NCBI RefSeq assembly: GCF_964213995.1
Contig: NW_027590138.1
Coordinates: forward strand, 744,001-808,000
DNA: 64,000 bases
Direction: 5' to 3'
Origin: Mustelus asterias
Taxonomy: Eukaryota
Below are positions 23,745-35,554 of this stretch, one piece after another. How positions within the stretch are numbered: position 1 is the first letter of the stretch; every line of letters starts with the position of its first letter. A program made the translations under genes and the position numbers. The notes beneath the pieces were generated by a model that did not search any database, was not told where the DNA came from, and worked only from the letters and a program-made list of their open reading frames with translations.

Positions 23745-24047
23745 AACAGGCGCCGGTATAAGGCAGGAGGTCTTTCACTCAGATCTCACACATACACATT
23801 CTTGGTCAATAAGGGTTGTTGCTCTTTGACACCAACTGCTCCTTTCTATCGACAGAGCGTTAAAGAGGAGCGAAAATGAAAAAGAGAAACACTGATGTTG
23901 CAGGCATCTGTCGACAGAGGCCCAGCAATGTGCATTGTAATAGCAGTGGAATAGGCTGGCAAATTGTCCTCTCGATTCGCACTTGGTGAAAACTTTAAGC
24001 GGAATGTCCTTCAGCAAAGCAATCATCGGCATTGACAAAGAAAGGCA

Positions 24048-24119
24048 AGGTCCTGCGGAGATTTGAACTCAGATCGCTGGATTCAAAGTCAAGAGTAATA
24101 CCCATTACACCACAGAACC
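24048..24119 (-). tRNA. tRNA-Gln(TTG)-like gene or pseudogene
   Basis: 72 nt: GGTTCTGTGGTGTAATGG...GACTTTGAATCCAG...GAGTTCAAATCTC...GGACCT. A and B boxes retained, with some stem mismatches. Confidence 0.8.
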
Positions 24120-24320
24120 CAGAAAATCGCAAACAGATGCAAATGACATATGAAACACGACTACTTCTGCTGATATCTCCCGGTACGGCTTGCGAAGGAA
24201 ATGATTTGCTATAGATTTGGAGGGCTGTGTTGTTCACTGGATTTACTACAATAAAGTTTATAAAATGTCTATCTCTTTGATGAAGCACAGGCGACAAACT
24301 GTCAGGACTGCTCCTCTATA

Positions 24321-24359
24321 GGTTTTTGTACGACTCGTATTGATCTTTACAACACTGTG
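24321..24359 (-). other. Perfect-consensus 23-RSS of V5 (CACAGTG, 23 nt, ACAAAAACC)
   Basis: Heptamer 24353-24359 and nonamer 24321-24329. Confidence 0.95.
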
Positions 24360-24878
24360 CCTCGACTGCACAGAAATAGGTAGCAGTGTGTGTCACCCGA
24401 GTGCCACCAACATTCAGAGCCCTTCGTTTCTCTGCAACAATGTTCCGAGCACTGATCCTGCCCTGATCGCTGGTACCGCTCACCAGGTGCTGCACGGTTC
24501 GGTCCGGGTATTGTCTGTACCATTGTAGGACCAGTCCAGCTGCAGTAGTGGAACAGTTCAACGATGCCAGGTCTATCTCAGTAACCACCACAGACTCTGG
24601 AGACTGTGATACCTCTTCACTACCAGCGGCATCTGGGAAGGATATGTAGATACGCAATAATATCATAAAATTAAAATCTCATAGTGCAATACAATGTTGC
24701 ACAATGAAGTACAATTGAATGCATAATACAAGATAACACAACAAAACAGAATACTATTTAACAGAACGTAGCATTGCTAATGTGTGAAATATCGCTGTCA
24801 GAAATAGCGACCACACTTACACTGAGGGAAGAGTAAGAAATCCAGGGAGATGATCACTGAAGCGAAGCTGAGCTTCAT
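24360..24878 (-). CDS. TCR alpha/delta-type V segment V5 (leader plus V)
   Basis: Leader 24821-24878 (MKLSFASVIISLDFLLFPQ, T/gtaagt). V exon 24360-24632: AAGSEEVSQSPESVVVTEIDLASLNC...WYRQYP...THTATYFCAVE. Confidence 0.88.
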
Positions 24879-25103
24879 GTCGGAACCTATCGACACTTGT
24901 AAAACAGTTGTAGGAAGATTCAGGACAAGAAAAGCTCATGGGAAAGCAAAGCTATTGGACATGAATCTGAGCCCAGCACCAGTTATACTCTCGCGACCAG
25001 AGCTGGATCTCTGGGACTTTTGATCAGGGAGTGAAATAGTGAGGGAGCTCCAGCATCGATAGGGTGTGGGGGAGGAGCGTGCGCAAGAGTCAGAACATCC
25101 CGC

Positions 25104-25206
25104 ATTGTGACGTCAGAGCAACAGACATTGTGACATCAGAGTATCCGGCACTGTGACGTCAGAATGCGGGCATGTGCGGCGTCACCATGCAGCCCTTTGA
25201 CGTCAG
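25104..25206. promoter_or_regulatory. Cluster of five CRE/CRE-like motifs upstream of V5
   Basis: TGACGTCA x3, TGACATCA and CGGCGTCA at 20-25 bp spacing, 230-330 bp 5' of the leader ATG. Confidence 0.6.
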
Positions 25207-26229
25207 TGGGTCTGGTCTGAGGGACAGAAACATCTCTCCCGGAGCTGATCTGAATATCCAGCCCTGAGTTTGTGGGAATTTACAACTGATCAGAAACTGG
25301 TTTAACTTGTAAACTGATTTGATGACGGATCTGCCGGTCTGATCGGAATCTGCAGTTAATTTTCTCGGTCATGACTGGAAAAAAAATGGGTGAATGTTTA
25401 GTCCGAGGTTAATGTGGTTTCCGCTGGGTGTGTGTTTTTTGATGCGGCTGAGAACAGCACTGCTCACAGTGGCTGTATCTATCCAGATTCTATCCTTTGT
25501 CTAACATCAAGTGTAATTTACTAACCCTGCACTTGATAGAAATCAATAAGGTTACATCGAGGTTTCTTTTGAATCAATTTTTGAAAAATGCCATCTGGGC
25601 CTTTTGCTAAGATGAAGCTCAGGTCAAGCGCTGGAAGGAATATAATACCTGCTCCAATCAGCTAGGATGTTGTTAATCAAGCCCAAGACTGGAGGAATGG
25701 GCCCTGTGTTGTCGGCTTCGATCTGCAACGTCTCTCTTGCAGCGACTTTTGAGTGGACCAATTCGGTTTTTGATTGGATATAACTAAAACAAAAAGCCGG
25801 CATCTCGGTCTTTGGACTCGGATCAAGCATCAAATGGAGCCCAAGATCAGGTGCGATGCTCTTTCATGTCAGCCTGGATCTTTTGCGAGGACCATGAATT
25901 AGATTCAATTTGAATTGGTTTTGGGGGCGATTAGGAGATGGATTCTGGCTTGGCCAGTCCGCTCTGCGCATTGGCTTTGCAACGTTAAGCAATTACTATT
26001 TTACAATGCGACAGACAGGAGCTCCCGAAGACAATGCAAAGTGCGGGGTTGGATTGGTTTCCATCATAAATTCCGTCAGTGAGTCCTTATTCTGATCAAC
26101 TGTTCAGAGTCCAATTTCTCCAGCTGGAGATGGAGAGAGGTTTGGCTGCCTGACCGGTGCTGTTGCTGTTGTTTGTTTCACGATTGGCTGCAAACATGAG
26201 TAAGACTTCCTGCGAGCGCAGTTCAATAT

Positions 26230-27940
26230 CATCCACATTGGATTTGGTACTGGGAAATGAACCGGACCAAGTGTTAGATTTGGTTGTGGGAGAGCACTTT
26301 GGAGATAGTGACCACAATTTGGTGTCTTTCTTTATTGCAATGGAGAGGGATAGGGCTGTACGGCAGGGCAAGGTTTATAATTGGGGGAGGGGTAATTATG
26401 ATGGGATTAGGCAAGAATTAGGGAGCATAAGACGGGAACAGAAACTGTCAGGGAAAGGCACAAATGAAAAATGGAGCTTGTTCAAGGAACAAATACTGCA
26501 TGTCCTTGATAGGTATGTCCCTGTCAGGCAGGGAGGAAATGGCCGAGTGAGGGAACCATGGTTCACAAAAGAGGTTGAATGTCTTGTCAAGAGGAAGAAG
26601 GAAGCGTATGTAAGGATGAGAAAGCAAGGTTCAGTTGGGTCCATTGAGGGTTACAAGTTAGCAAGGAATGAGCTGAAAAAAGGGCTCAGGAGAGCTAGGA
26701 GGGAGCATGAGAAGTCCTTGTGGGTCGGATCAAGGAAAACCCCAAGGCTTTTTACTCTTATGTGAGGAATAAAAGAATGACCAGGGTGAGGTTAGGGCCG
26801 GTCAAGGACAGTAGTGGGAACTTGTGCATGGAGTCAGAAGAGATAGGAGAGGCGATGAATGAATACTTTTCTTCAGTGTTCACCAAGGAGAAGGGCCATG
26901 TTTTTGAGGATGAGAGTGTGATACAGGCTGATAGGCTGGAGGAGGCAGATGTTCTGAGGGAAGATGTATTAGCAATTTTGAAAAACCTGAAGGTCGATAA
27001 ATCCCCTGGGCCAGATGAGATATTTCCTAGGATTCTTTGGGAGGCAAGGGATGAGATTGCAGAGCCTTTGGCTTTGATCTTTGGGTCCTCACTGTCCACG
27101 GGGATAGTGCCAGAGGACTGGAGAGTGGCGAATGTTCAAGAAAGGAAATAGGAATGACCCTGGTAATTATAGACCGGTTTGTCTTACTTCGGTGGTTGGT
27201 AAGTTAATGGAAAAGGTCCTGAGGGATAGGATTTACGACCATTTAGAAAGATGCAGCTTAATCCGGGATAGTCAACACGGATTCGTGAAGGGTAAGTCTT
27301 GCCTCACAAATTTGATTGAATTTTTTGAGGAGGTAACTAAGTGTGTCAATGAAGGTGGAGCAGTTGATGTCATATACATGGATTTTAGTAAGGCGTTTGA
27401 TAAGGTCCCCCATGGTCAGCTCATGAAGAAAGTAAGGAGGTGTGGGATAGAGGGAAATTTGGCACTGGAAAGAGTGCAAAGGAAATTTACCAGGATGCTG
27501 CCTGGTTTGGAGGGTAGGTCTTATGAGGAAAGGTTGAGGGAGCTAGGGCTTTTCTCTTTAGAGTGGAGGAGATTGAGAGGCGACTTCATGGAGCTTTATA
27601 AGATGATGAGGGGGAGAGATAGAGTGGATGTTCAGAGACTATTTCCTCGGGTGGATGTAGCTGTTACTAAGAGGCATAACTATAAGGTTCATGGTGGGAG
27701 ATATAGGAGGGATGTATGAGGTAGGTTCTTTACTCAGAGAGTGGTTGGGGTGTGGAATGGACTGCCTGCTGTGATAGTGGAGTCAGACACTTTAGGAACA
27801 TTTAAGTGGTTATTGGATAGGCACATGGAGCACACCAGGATGATAGGGAGTGGGATAGCTTGATTTTGGTTTCGGAAAAGGTTTGGCACAACATCGTGGG
27901 CTGAAGGGCCTGTTCTGTGCTGTACTGTTCTATGTTCTAT
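26230..27940 (+). mobile_element. CR1 ORF2 copy with frameshifts and an internal deletion
   Basis: LDLVLGNEP...SDH, PGPD and QHGF, then a jump at ~27460 from GIEGNL to ALERVQR. CR1 tail present. Confidence 0.9.
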
Positions 27941-28071
27941 CTCATGTACAGATAGTTGCCCCCATCATGATGCTTTCCAAAACTCCTTACCTACCATCCT
28001 TGGGCTTTCTTTGTACTGAGATTCCCTTCGTTTGAAAAGGGGTGGATTAAAAGTTCTCAAAATTAGTTTTT

Positions 28072-28352
28072 TTTAAAGTTTATTTATTTGTCACAAGTAA
28101 GGCTTGCATTAACACTGCAATGAAGCTACTGTGAAATTCCCCCAGTTGCCACACTCCGGTGCCTGTTCAGGTCAATGCACCCTAACCAGCACGTCTTTCA
28201 GACTGAGAGAGGAAACCAGAGCAGCCGAAGGAAACCCAAGCAGACACGGGGAGAATATGCAAACTCCACACAGACAGAGACCCAAGCCGGGAATCGAACC
28301 CGGGTCCCTGGCGCTGTGATGCAGCAGTGCTAAAAACTGTGCCACCATGCCG
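28072..28352 (-). mobile_element. HE1-type SINE
   Basis: A and B boxes and core on the minus strand. Confidence 0.85.
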
Positions 28353-29387
28353 TCACTGTCACTGTGCCACCATGGATGTCAGTGCCCTTTCTTTGTTTTA
28401 ATCTAATGACCACATGGTCTAGGAATCATTTCTATTTCATAATTTCTCCTTTTCAACACTTTCCTTCAGTATCCAATTCCAGAATTTTCCTTTTCATTGT
28501 GTTAATTGCGTCAGGAATAAATCTTTGGATCCGACAGGAAGTTTAACTCAAGATCAATCCAACACAGGATTGGTCAGAATCATTTCACATGTCCCAAATT
28601 TTAAATAACCATTACAAATTAAAATTCTCATTCTCACGTGTGAATTGTATCTGGATTGAAATTCCTGCATGTTTAGTAAACTATCCTGGAATCCTGTCTC
28701 TGGCCAGTAAATATGGTTCCAGGTTCATAACTTATGAAAAAAAGCTTTATTAATCACACTTACTTTTTTAAAATCTGTTTGATTTAAATCACAGACAGAA
28801 AGCCTCAAAGCTTGAAGCATTGAATCCATAAATATCATCCATACACAAGCAGAGAAACTTAGCATGTGCTTTACAACAACAATAACCAGAATGAATTTCT
28901 TAAGCGTTCTTGTGGTTCTGCTTTTAAACTTCCAGAAATGCCTTTAATTAAAGACTCAAGATAAGGTTAATTTCCCAGAAAGATAAACCTTAACAAATGT
29001 AGCCCAAAACAATGATAAAACGCATCTACAAACATCCATAAAACAAATGAAACATGCAGGTTCTCACAGCTTGTAAATTTCAAGCAATGAATCGTCAGCA
29101 TTCTCTCTCTCTCAGCTATAGCTTCTTAAAGCGACAGAGCACTACAAGCTCACAACTCCTTGAATAAGATACAAGATCCTTCATTCTAACCGTTTTTAGC
29201 CAACTTCCAAGACCTGATTCATAGGCAAAATCGCAAACAAGTTGCCACCGGAAAAATCTTTGTTCTTTACCTGGGGTTGAGGTGACAACACGATAAAATT
29301 CTCAGTTATTCCAAATTCCTCCAGGCTATGCGTAAATTTCCACATTTAACTGGATCCCATAAATCCTCAATTATAAACTAAAATGTG

Positions 29388-31084
29388 GGTGTGGAATGGA
29401 CTGCCTGCAGTGATAGTGGAGTCAGACACTTTAGAAACATTTAAGCGGTTATTGGATAGGCACATGGAGCACACCAGGATGATAGGGAGTGGGATAGCTT
29501 GATCTTGGTTTCAGATAAAGCTCGGCACAACATCGTGGGCCGAAGGGCCTGTTCTGTGCTGTACTGTTCTATGTTCTATGTTCTATGTGTTCATTCATCA
29601 CCTCGCCTATCTCTACTGACTCCATACAGGGATGGTGCCAGAGGACTGGAGAATGGCGAATGTTGTTCCTCTGTTTAAGAAAGGGAATAGAAATGACCCT
29701 GGTAATTATAGACCGGTTAGTCTTACTTCGGTGGTTGGTAAATTGATGGAAAAGGTCCTTAGGGATGGGATTTACGACCATTTAGAAAGATGCGGATTAA
29801 TCCGGGATAGTCAGCACGGATTCGTTAAGGGCAAGTCGTGCCTCACAAATTTGATAGAATTTTTTGAGGAGGTAACAAAGTGTGTTGATGAAGGTGGGGC
29901 AGTTGATGTCATATACATGGATTTTAGTAAGGCGTTTGATAAGGTCCCCCATGGTCGGCTTATGATGAAAGTGAGGAGGTGTGGGATAGAGGGAAAGTTG
30001 GCCGATTGGATAGGTAACTGGCTGTCTGATCGAAGACAGAGGGTGGTGGTCGATGGAAAATTTTCGGATTGGAGGCAGGTTGCTAGCGGAGTGCCACAGG
30101 GATCAGTGCTTGGTCCTCTGCTCTTTGTGATTTTTATTAATGACTTAGAGGAGGGGGCTGAAGGGTGGATCAGTAAATTTGCTGATGACACCAAGATTGG
30201 TGGAGTAGTGGATGAGGTGGAGAGCTGTTGTAGGCTGCAAAGAGACATAGATAGGATGCAAAGCTGGGCTGAAAAATGGCAAATGGCGTTTAACCCTGAT
30301 AAATGTGAGGTGATTCATTTTGGTAGGACTAATTTAAATGTGGATTACAGGGTCAAAGGTAGGGTTCTGAAGACTGTGGAGGAACAGAGAGATCTTGGGG
30401 TCCATATCCACAGATCTCTAAAGGTTGCCACTCAAGTGGATAGAGCTGTGAAGAAGGCCTATAGTGTGTTAGCTTTTATTAACAGGGGGTTGGAGTTTAA
30501 GAGCCGTGGGGTTATGCTGCAACTGTACAGGACCTTGGTGAGACCACATTTGGAATATTGTGTGCAGTTCTGGTCACCTCACTATAAGTAGGACGTGGAA
30601 GCGCTGGAAAGAGTGCAGAGGAGATTTACCAGGATGCTGCCTGGTTTGGAGGGTAGGTCTTATGAGGAAAGGTTGAGGGAGCTAGGGCTGTTCTCTCTGG
30701 AGCAGAGGAGGCTGAGGGGAGACTTAATAGAGGTTTATAAAATGATGAAGGGGATAGATAGAGTGAACGTTCAAAGCCTATTTCCTCGGGTGGATGGAGC
30801 TATTACAAGGGGGCATAACTATAGGGTTCATGGTGGGAGATATAGGAAGGATATCAGAGGTAGGTTCTTTACGCAGAGAGTGGCTGGGGTGTGGAATGGA
30901 CTGCCTGCAGTGATAGTGGAGTCAGACACTTTAGGAACATTTAAGCGGTTATTGGATAGGCACATGGAGCACACCAGGATGATAGGGAGTGGGATAGCTT
31001 GATCTTGGTTTCAGATAAAGCTCAGCACAACATCGTGGGCTGAAGGGCCTGTTCTGTGCTGTACTGTTCTATGTTCTATGTTCT
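29388..31084 (+). mobile_element. CR1: isolated 3' end (29388-29587), short inverted piece, then a 5'-truncated RT copy with one premature stop
   Basis: ORFs 29632-30591 and 30595-31002 are in frame and separated by TAG. Both ends carry (TTCTATG)n tails. Confidence 0.9.
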
Positions 31085-32137
31085 AAAATAGACAGATGAG
31101 TTTCTGAGTGATTTAAAAACAAATCAAATGTCTGCTGAAAGGGTTAACTTTTCTACAGAACCTAAAGGGGTGGGGAGTGAGCGGGAAAAACTTGGCACAC
31201 AATTACGTCACTTTGTACAAGTTTAAAAAACTTCTCTATCAACCAAACAAACTTGATTTTAAGCTTCATCTATTAATTTTTTGTTATTTTCCTCAACATA
31301 ATTATTTTCATTTGATCAGTTTTTCTTAGGGATGGGTAACTTCTGTTCTTTATAAACTGGTTCACTCATTTTGTTTATTCTACATGGGCTCGGAGAATCA
31401 GAACCCAGACTTTATCATCCTGACCATTTTAGTCCTTTTGCCACCACTCCCACTGTTTTGCAGGAGGGTTGTGGGAATTCCAATCAGAACTAATCATTTT
31501 ATCATAAAATTTAAATACTGCAGACGCTGAAACAAAAACACAAAATGCTGGGAAATCTCAGCAGATCTGACAGCACCTGTGGAGAGAGAATAGAGCCAAT
31601 GTTTCAAGACTGGATGACCCTTCATATGAGCTGTGATGAAGTATTATCCAGACTTGAAACGTTGGCTCTATTCCCTAATCACTTTATCAATAAATTTCAT
31701 GTTCTTAGTTTCCAAATGGCAGGTAAGAGACCGGTCCGCACTCGAGTTCTGATTTTTCACTGGCCATGCTTGGGTAAGATTATAACCATTAGTATCTACT
31801 CTGATGTCTGCTTTTCAGTCCAGTGCTACTTGGAGTATTCCATCACTTCGCTGACTATTGGATCACAAGTTCCTCACAGTTCTCATCACAAATTTATGAT
31901 AAAATAATTTAAACAATGCCTGCGAACACTTCTTAGCTTCTTAACCAACTGCTTATCACTGTTTGTAGATTTGTCAGGCCCCATTTTTACAGATTCAAGT
32001 ATCTTAGCCACAGAACACCAGCTGTTGCTGGAAGAAGTTTAATTCTAACTCATTCTGAGTAAATATTCTTACCAGGTCCTCTGTCAGGGCCCTGCTAAGC
32101 AGCTTTAATGGTCCGTGATTGCAGAAACTGAGCAGTC

Positions 32138-34945
32138 AAGAACAAAGAACAGTACAGCACAGGAAACAGGCCCTTCGGCCCTCCAAGCCTGTGCCGCTCC
32201 TTGGTCCAACTAGACCAATCGTTTGTATCCCTCCATTCCCAGGCTGCTCATGTGACTATCCAGGTAAGTCTTAAACGATGTCAGCGTGCCTGCCTCCACC
32301 ACCTTACTTGGCAGCGCATTCCAGGCCCCCACCACCCTCTGTGTAAAAAACGTCCCTCTGATGTCTGAGTTATACTTCGCCCCTCTCAGCTTGAGCCCGT
32401 GACCCCTCGTGATCGTCACCTCCGACCTGGGAAAAAGCTTCCCACTGTTCACCCTATCTATACCCTTCATAATCTTGTATACCTCTATTAGATCTCCCCT
32501 CATTCTCCGTCTTTCCAAGGAGAACAACCCCAGTCTACCCAATCTCTCCTCATAGCTAAGACCCTCCATACCAGGCAACATCCTGGTAAACCTTCTCTGC
32601 ACTCTCTCCAATGCCTCCACGTCCTTCTGGTAGTGCGGCGACCAGAACTGGACGCAGTACTCCAAATGTGGTCGAACCAGCGTTCTATACAGCTGCATCA
32701 TCAGACTCCAGCTTTTATACTCTATACCCCGTCCTATAAAGACAAGCATACCATATGCCTTCTTCACCACCTTCTCCACCTGTGTTGCCACCTTCAAGGA
32801 TTTGTGGACTTGCACACCTAGGTCCCTCTGTGTTTCTATACTCCCGATGACTCTGCCATTTATTGTATAACTCCTCCCGACATTATTTCTTCCAAAATGC
32901 ATCACTTCGCATTTATCCGGATTAAATTCCATCTGCCACCTCTCCGCCCAATTTTCCAGCCAGCTATATCCTGCTGTATTGCCCGACAATGCTCTTCGCT
33001 ATCCGCAATTCCAGCCATCTTCGTGTCATCCGCAAACTTGCTGATTACACCAGTTACACCTTCTTCCAAATCATTTATATATATCACAAATAGCAGAGGT
33101 CCCAGTACAGAGCCCTGCGGAATACCACTGGTCACAGACCTCCAGCCGGAAAAAGACCCTTCGACCACTACCCTCTGTCTCCTACTCAGTACATGACCCC
33201 TCTAAGTTGTCTACCCTCTGCACCGCGGTAATATGCTCCTTAACTAATATCGCTACTCCCCCACCTTTTTTAGCCCCTCCTCTGTCTCGCCTAAAACACT
33301 TATACCCCGGAATATTCAGTTGCCAGTCCTGTCCTTCTTTTAACCAAGTTTCCGTCACCGCAACCACATCCAAATTCCGCACAAGCATTAAGGCCCTAAG
33401 TTCGTCTGTTTTACCCGTTACACTCCTCGCATTGAAGCAGATGCACTCCAGACCTCCAGGCCCAGTCAGGTCCTCCTCCTCCAGAGTGCTCCTCTTCTTA
33501 GCTAGCCTTGCCCTGGCCCCCAGCTCGACCCCAGCCTCAGTATTTACTGACCTCCTGTTTTGTTCCCCACCCCCCTGCCACACTAGTTTAAATCCTGCCG
33601 AAACACTCTAGCAAAACTCCCAGCCAGGATATTTGCTCCCTTCCAGTTAAGGTGTAACCCATCCTTTCTGTACAGTTGCCATCCTGACTTGAAGATTTCG
33701 CAGTTATCTATGAATTTAAAACCCTCCCTCTTGCACCAGTCCTTTAGCCACGCGTTCAACTGTAGAATCTCCCTGTTCCGAGCCTCACTTGCACTCGGCA
33801 CCGGGAGCAGTCCAGAGATTGCTACCCTGGAGGCCTTACTTTTTAGCCTAGCACCCAACTCCCTGAATTTCTCTCGTATGACCCCCCTGCTCTTCCTACC
33901 TACATCATTTCCCCCAATGTGTACAATCACATCCGTTTGACTCCCTTCCTTTTTAAATATGCTTCCTACCCTCTCGGAGACATCCAGTACCCCAGCACCA
34001 GGGAGGCAGACTACCATCCTGGATTCTCGTTCAGTCCCACAGAAGCGCCTGTCCGTGCCTCTAACCATTGCGTCCCCCACAACTATCGCTCTCCTAAACC
34101 CCTTCTTTCCCTTCTGGACCCCTGAGCCTGTCTCCGTGGAGGCGATCTGGTCCTCATGGCTTACCCCTGGAGGGTCATCCCCCTCCACAGAATCCAAAAC
34201 AAGATACCTATTTTGGAGGGGGACAACCACAGGGGATCCCTCCACAGACTGCTTACTCCCTTCCCTTCTCCCATCTGTTGCCCATTCCTTTCTTTTATGG
34301 GAGACTGCCACTGGGGTACTTTCTGGCACATCACCCTTCTGACTATTACCCCTCCTAACTGTGACCCACGTGTCTTCCTTCCGAGACCCTGGTGTCACTA
34401 CCTGACTGTAACTTTTATCTATTACTCGCTCATTTTCCCTAACTAAACTGAGTTCATCGAGCCTCAGCTCCAGCTCCCTTACACGATCCTTCAGGAGATG
34501 CAGTTCCACGCATCTGGCATAGATATGGACTTCCGGGAGGCAACTTGTCTCCAGGAACTCCCACATCCCACACCGAATGCAGTATACTGGCCTCCCACTC
34601 ATATCAGCCATGTCCTTTTTAGTTTTGGGGATGAAACAAAAAGGGGGTGTAACCGAAGAAAAACAAACAAACAACCTTCCTCGCCTTCGCCGAAGCCCTG
34701 TGAGCCAAAGCCCTTTTAGCTCTCACTCTGTCCCCTGCTCACTCCACTGCCCGCTAACGACGCTGCCCGCTCAAAGGTGCGGCCTACTTTTAAACCCTCC
34801 AAAACCTTCCCAGGCTGCTGCTGGGCCTATTTCCTGTTTAGAAAAAAAAACCTCCGATTTTTTTCACTAATTTAACTGAAAAAATAATTAAATAAATTAG
34901 TGCACACACAAGCTCCCTTACCCTCAGCCTGCTCCTGTGGAACAA
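32138..34945 (-). mobile_element. CR1/HER1 LINE with 5' UTR, ORF1, ORF2 N-terminus, large internal deletion and 3' end
   Basis: The 3' part is nearly identical to 16410-17460. ORF2 start (CFNARS, VAVTETWL, GGGVA) is at 33186-33583, with the deletion junction near 33185. Confidence 0.93.
33583..34611 (-). CDS. CR1 ORF1p (zinc finger/leucine zipper plus SGNH esterase-like domain)
   Basis: CIRCGMW zinc finger, coiled coil LKDRVRELELRL, and SGNH blocks GDA(S)MVR, HIGGND and DGLHLN. Confidence 0.85.
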   Translation of the reverse strand: MADMSGRPVYCIRCGMWEFLETSCLPEVHIYARCVELHLLKDRVRELELRLDELSLVRENERVIDKSYSQVVTPGSRKEDTWVTVRRGNSQKGDVPESTPVAVSHKRKEWATDGRREGSKQSVEGSPVVVPLQNRYLVLDSVEGDDPPGVSHEDQIASTETGSGVQKGKKGFRRAIVVGDAMVRGTDRRFCGTERESRMVVCLPGAGVLDVSERVGSIFKKEGSQTDVIVHIGGNDVGRKSRGVIREKFRELGARLKSKASRVAISGLLPVPSASEARNREILQLNAWLKDWCKREGFKFIDNCEIFKSGWQLYRKDGLHLNWKGANILAGSFARVFRQDLN

Positions 34946-35554
34946 TGAGTCACAGGAATGTGGTCAAGATAGTCCAGTCCCATAATGCCTCACATTCAAT
35001 CTGCAGTCCTTCAATTATAACAGAATATGTGGCTGTCTGTAGCTGCCTCGGCCATGGTCAACCCCAACACTGCCTTCCTGAACTGCTACAATGCCTGAGG
35101 TGTAAGTACACCCACAGTGCTGTTAGGGAGGGATTTCCAGCTACACGTTCCAGTCTTTCACGAGACTGTAGGTGGATATCAGATTGATATATTCCATTCA
35201 ACCACACCCAAGGTGAGTTATTCCAATTTCTTTATTGTCCAGGACAATATATTCACAATATCTTTAAAACAGAAATTAAACATTCCCATTTGATTTCAGA
35301 CAGTAACATATTCTGTTAGCTTGTTCTTTATTGTTGATGTCAGGCTGGGGTTGTTCCCCTTGGAGCAAAGGAGGTTGAGGGGAGATTTGATAGAGGTGGA
35401 CAAGATTCTGACAGGTTTAGATAAGGTGGACAAAGAAAAGCTGTTCCCATTAGCTGATGGGACAAGGATGAGGGGGGGTGCAGATTTAAGGTTTTGGGTC
35501 AGAGATGCAGGGGGGTCGTGAGGAAGAATATTTTGGTGCAGCGAATGGTAATGA

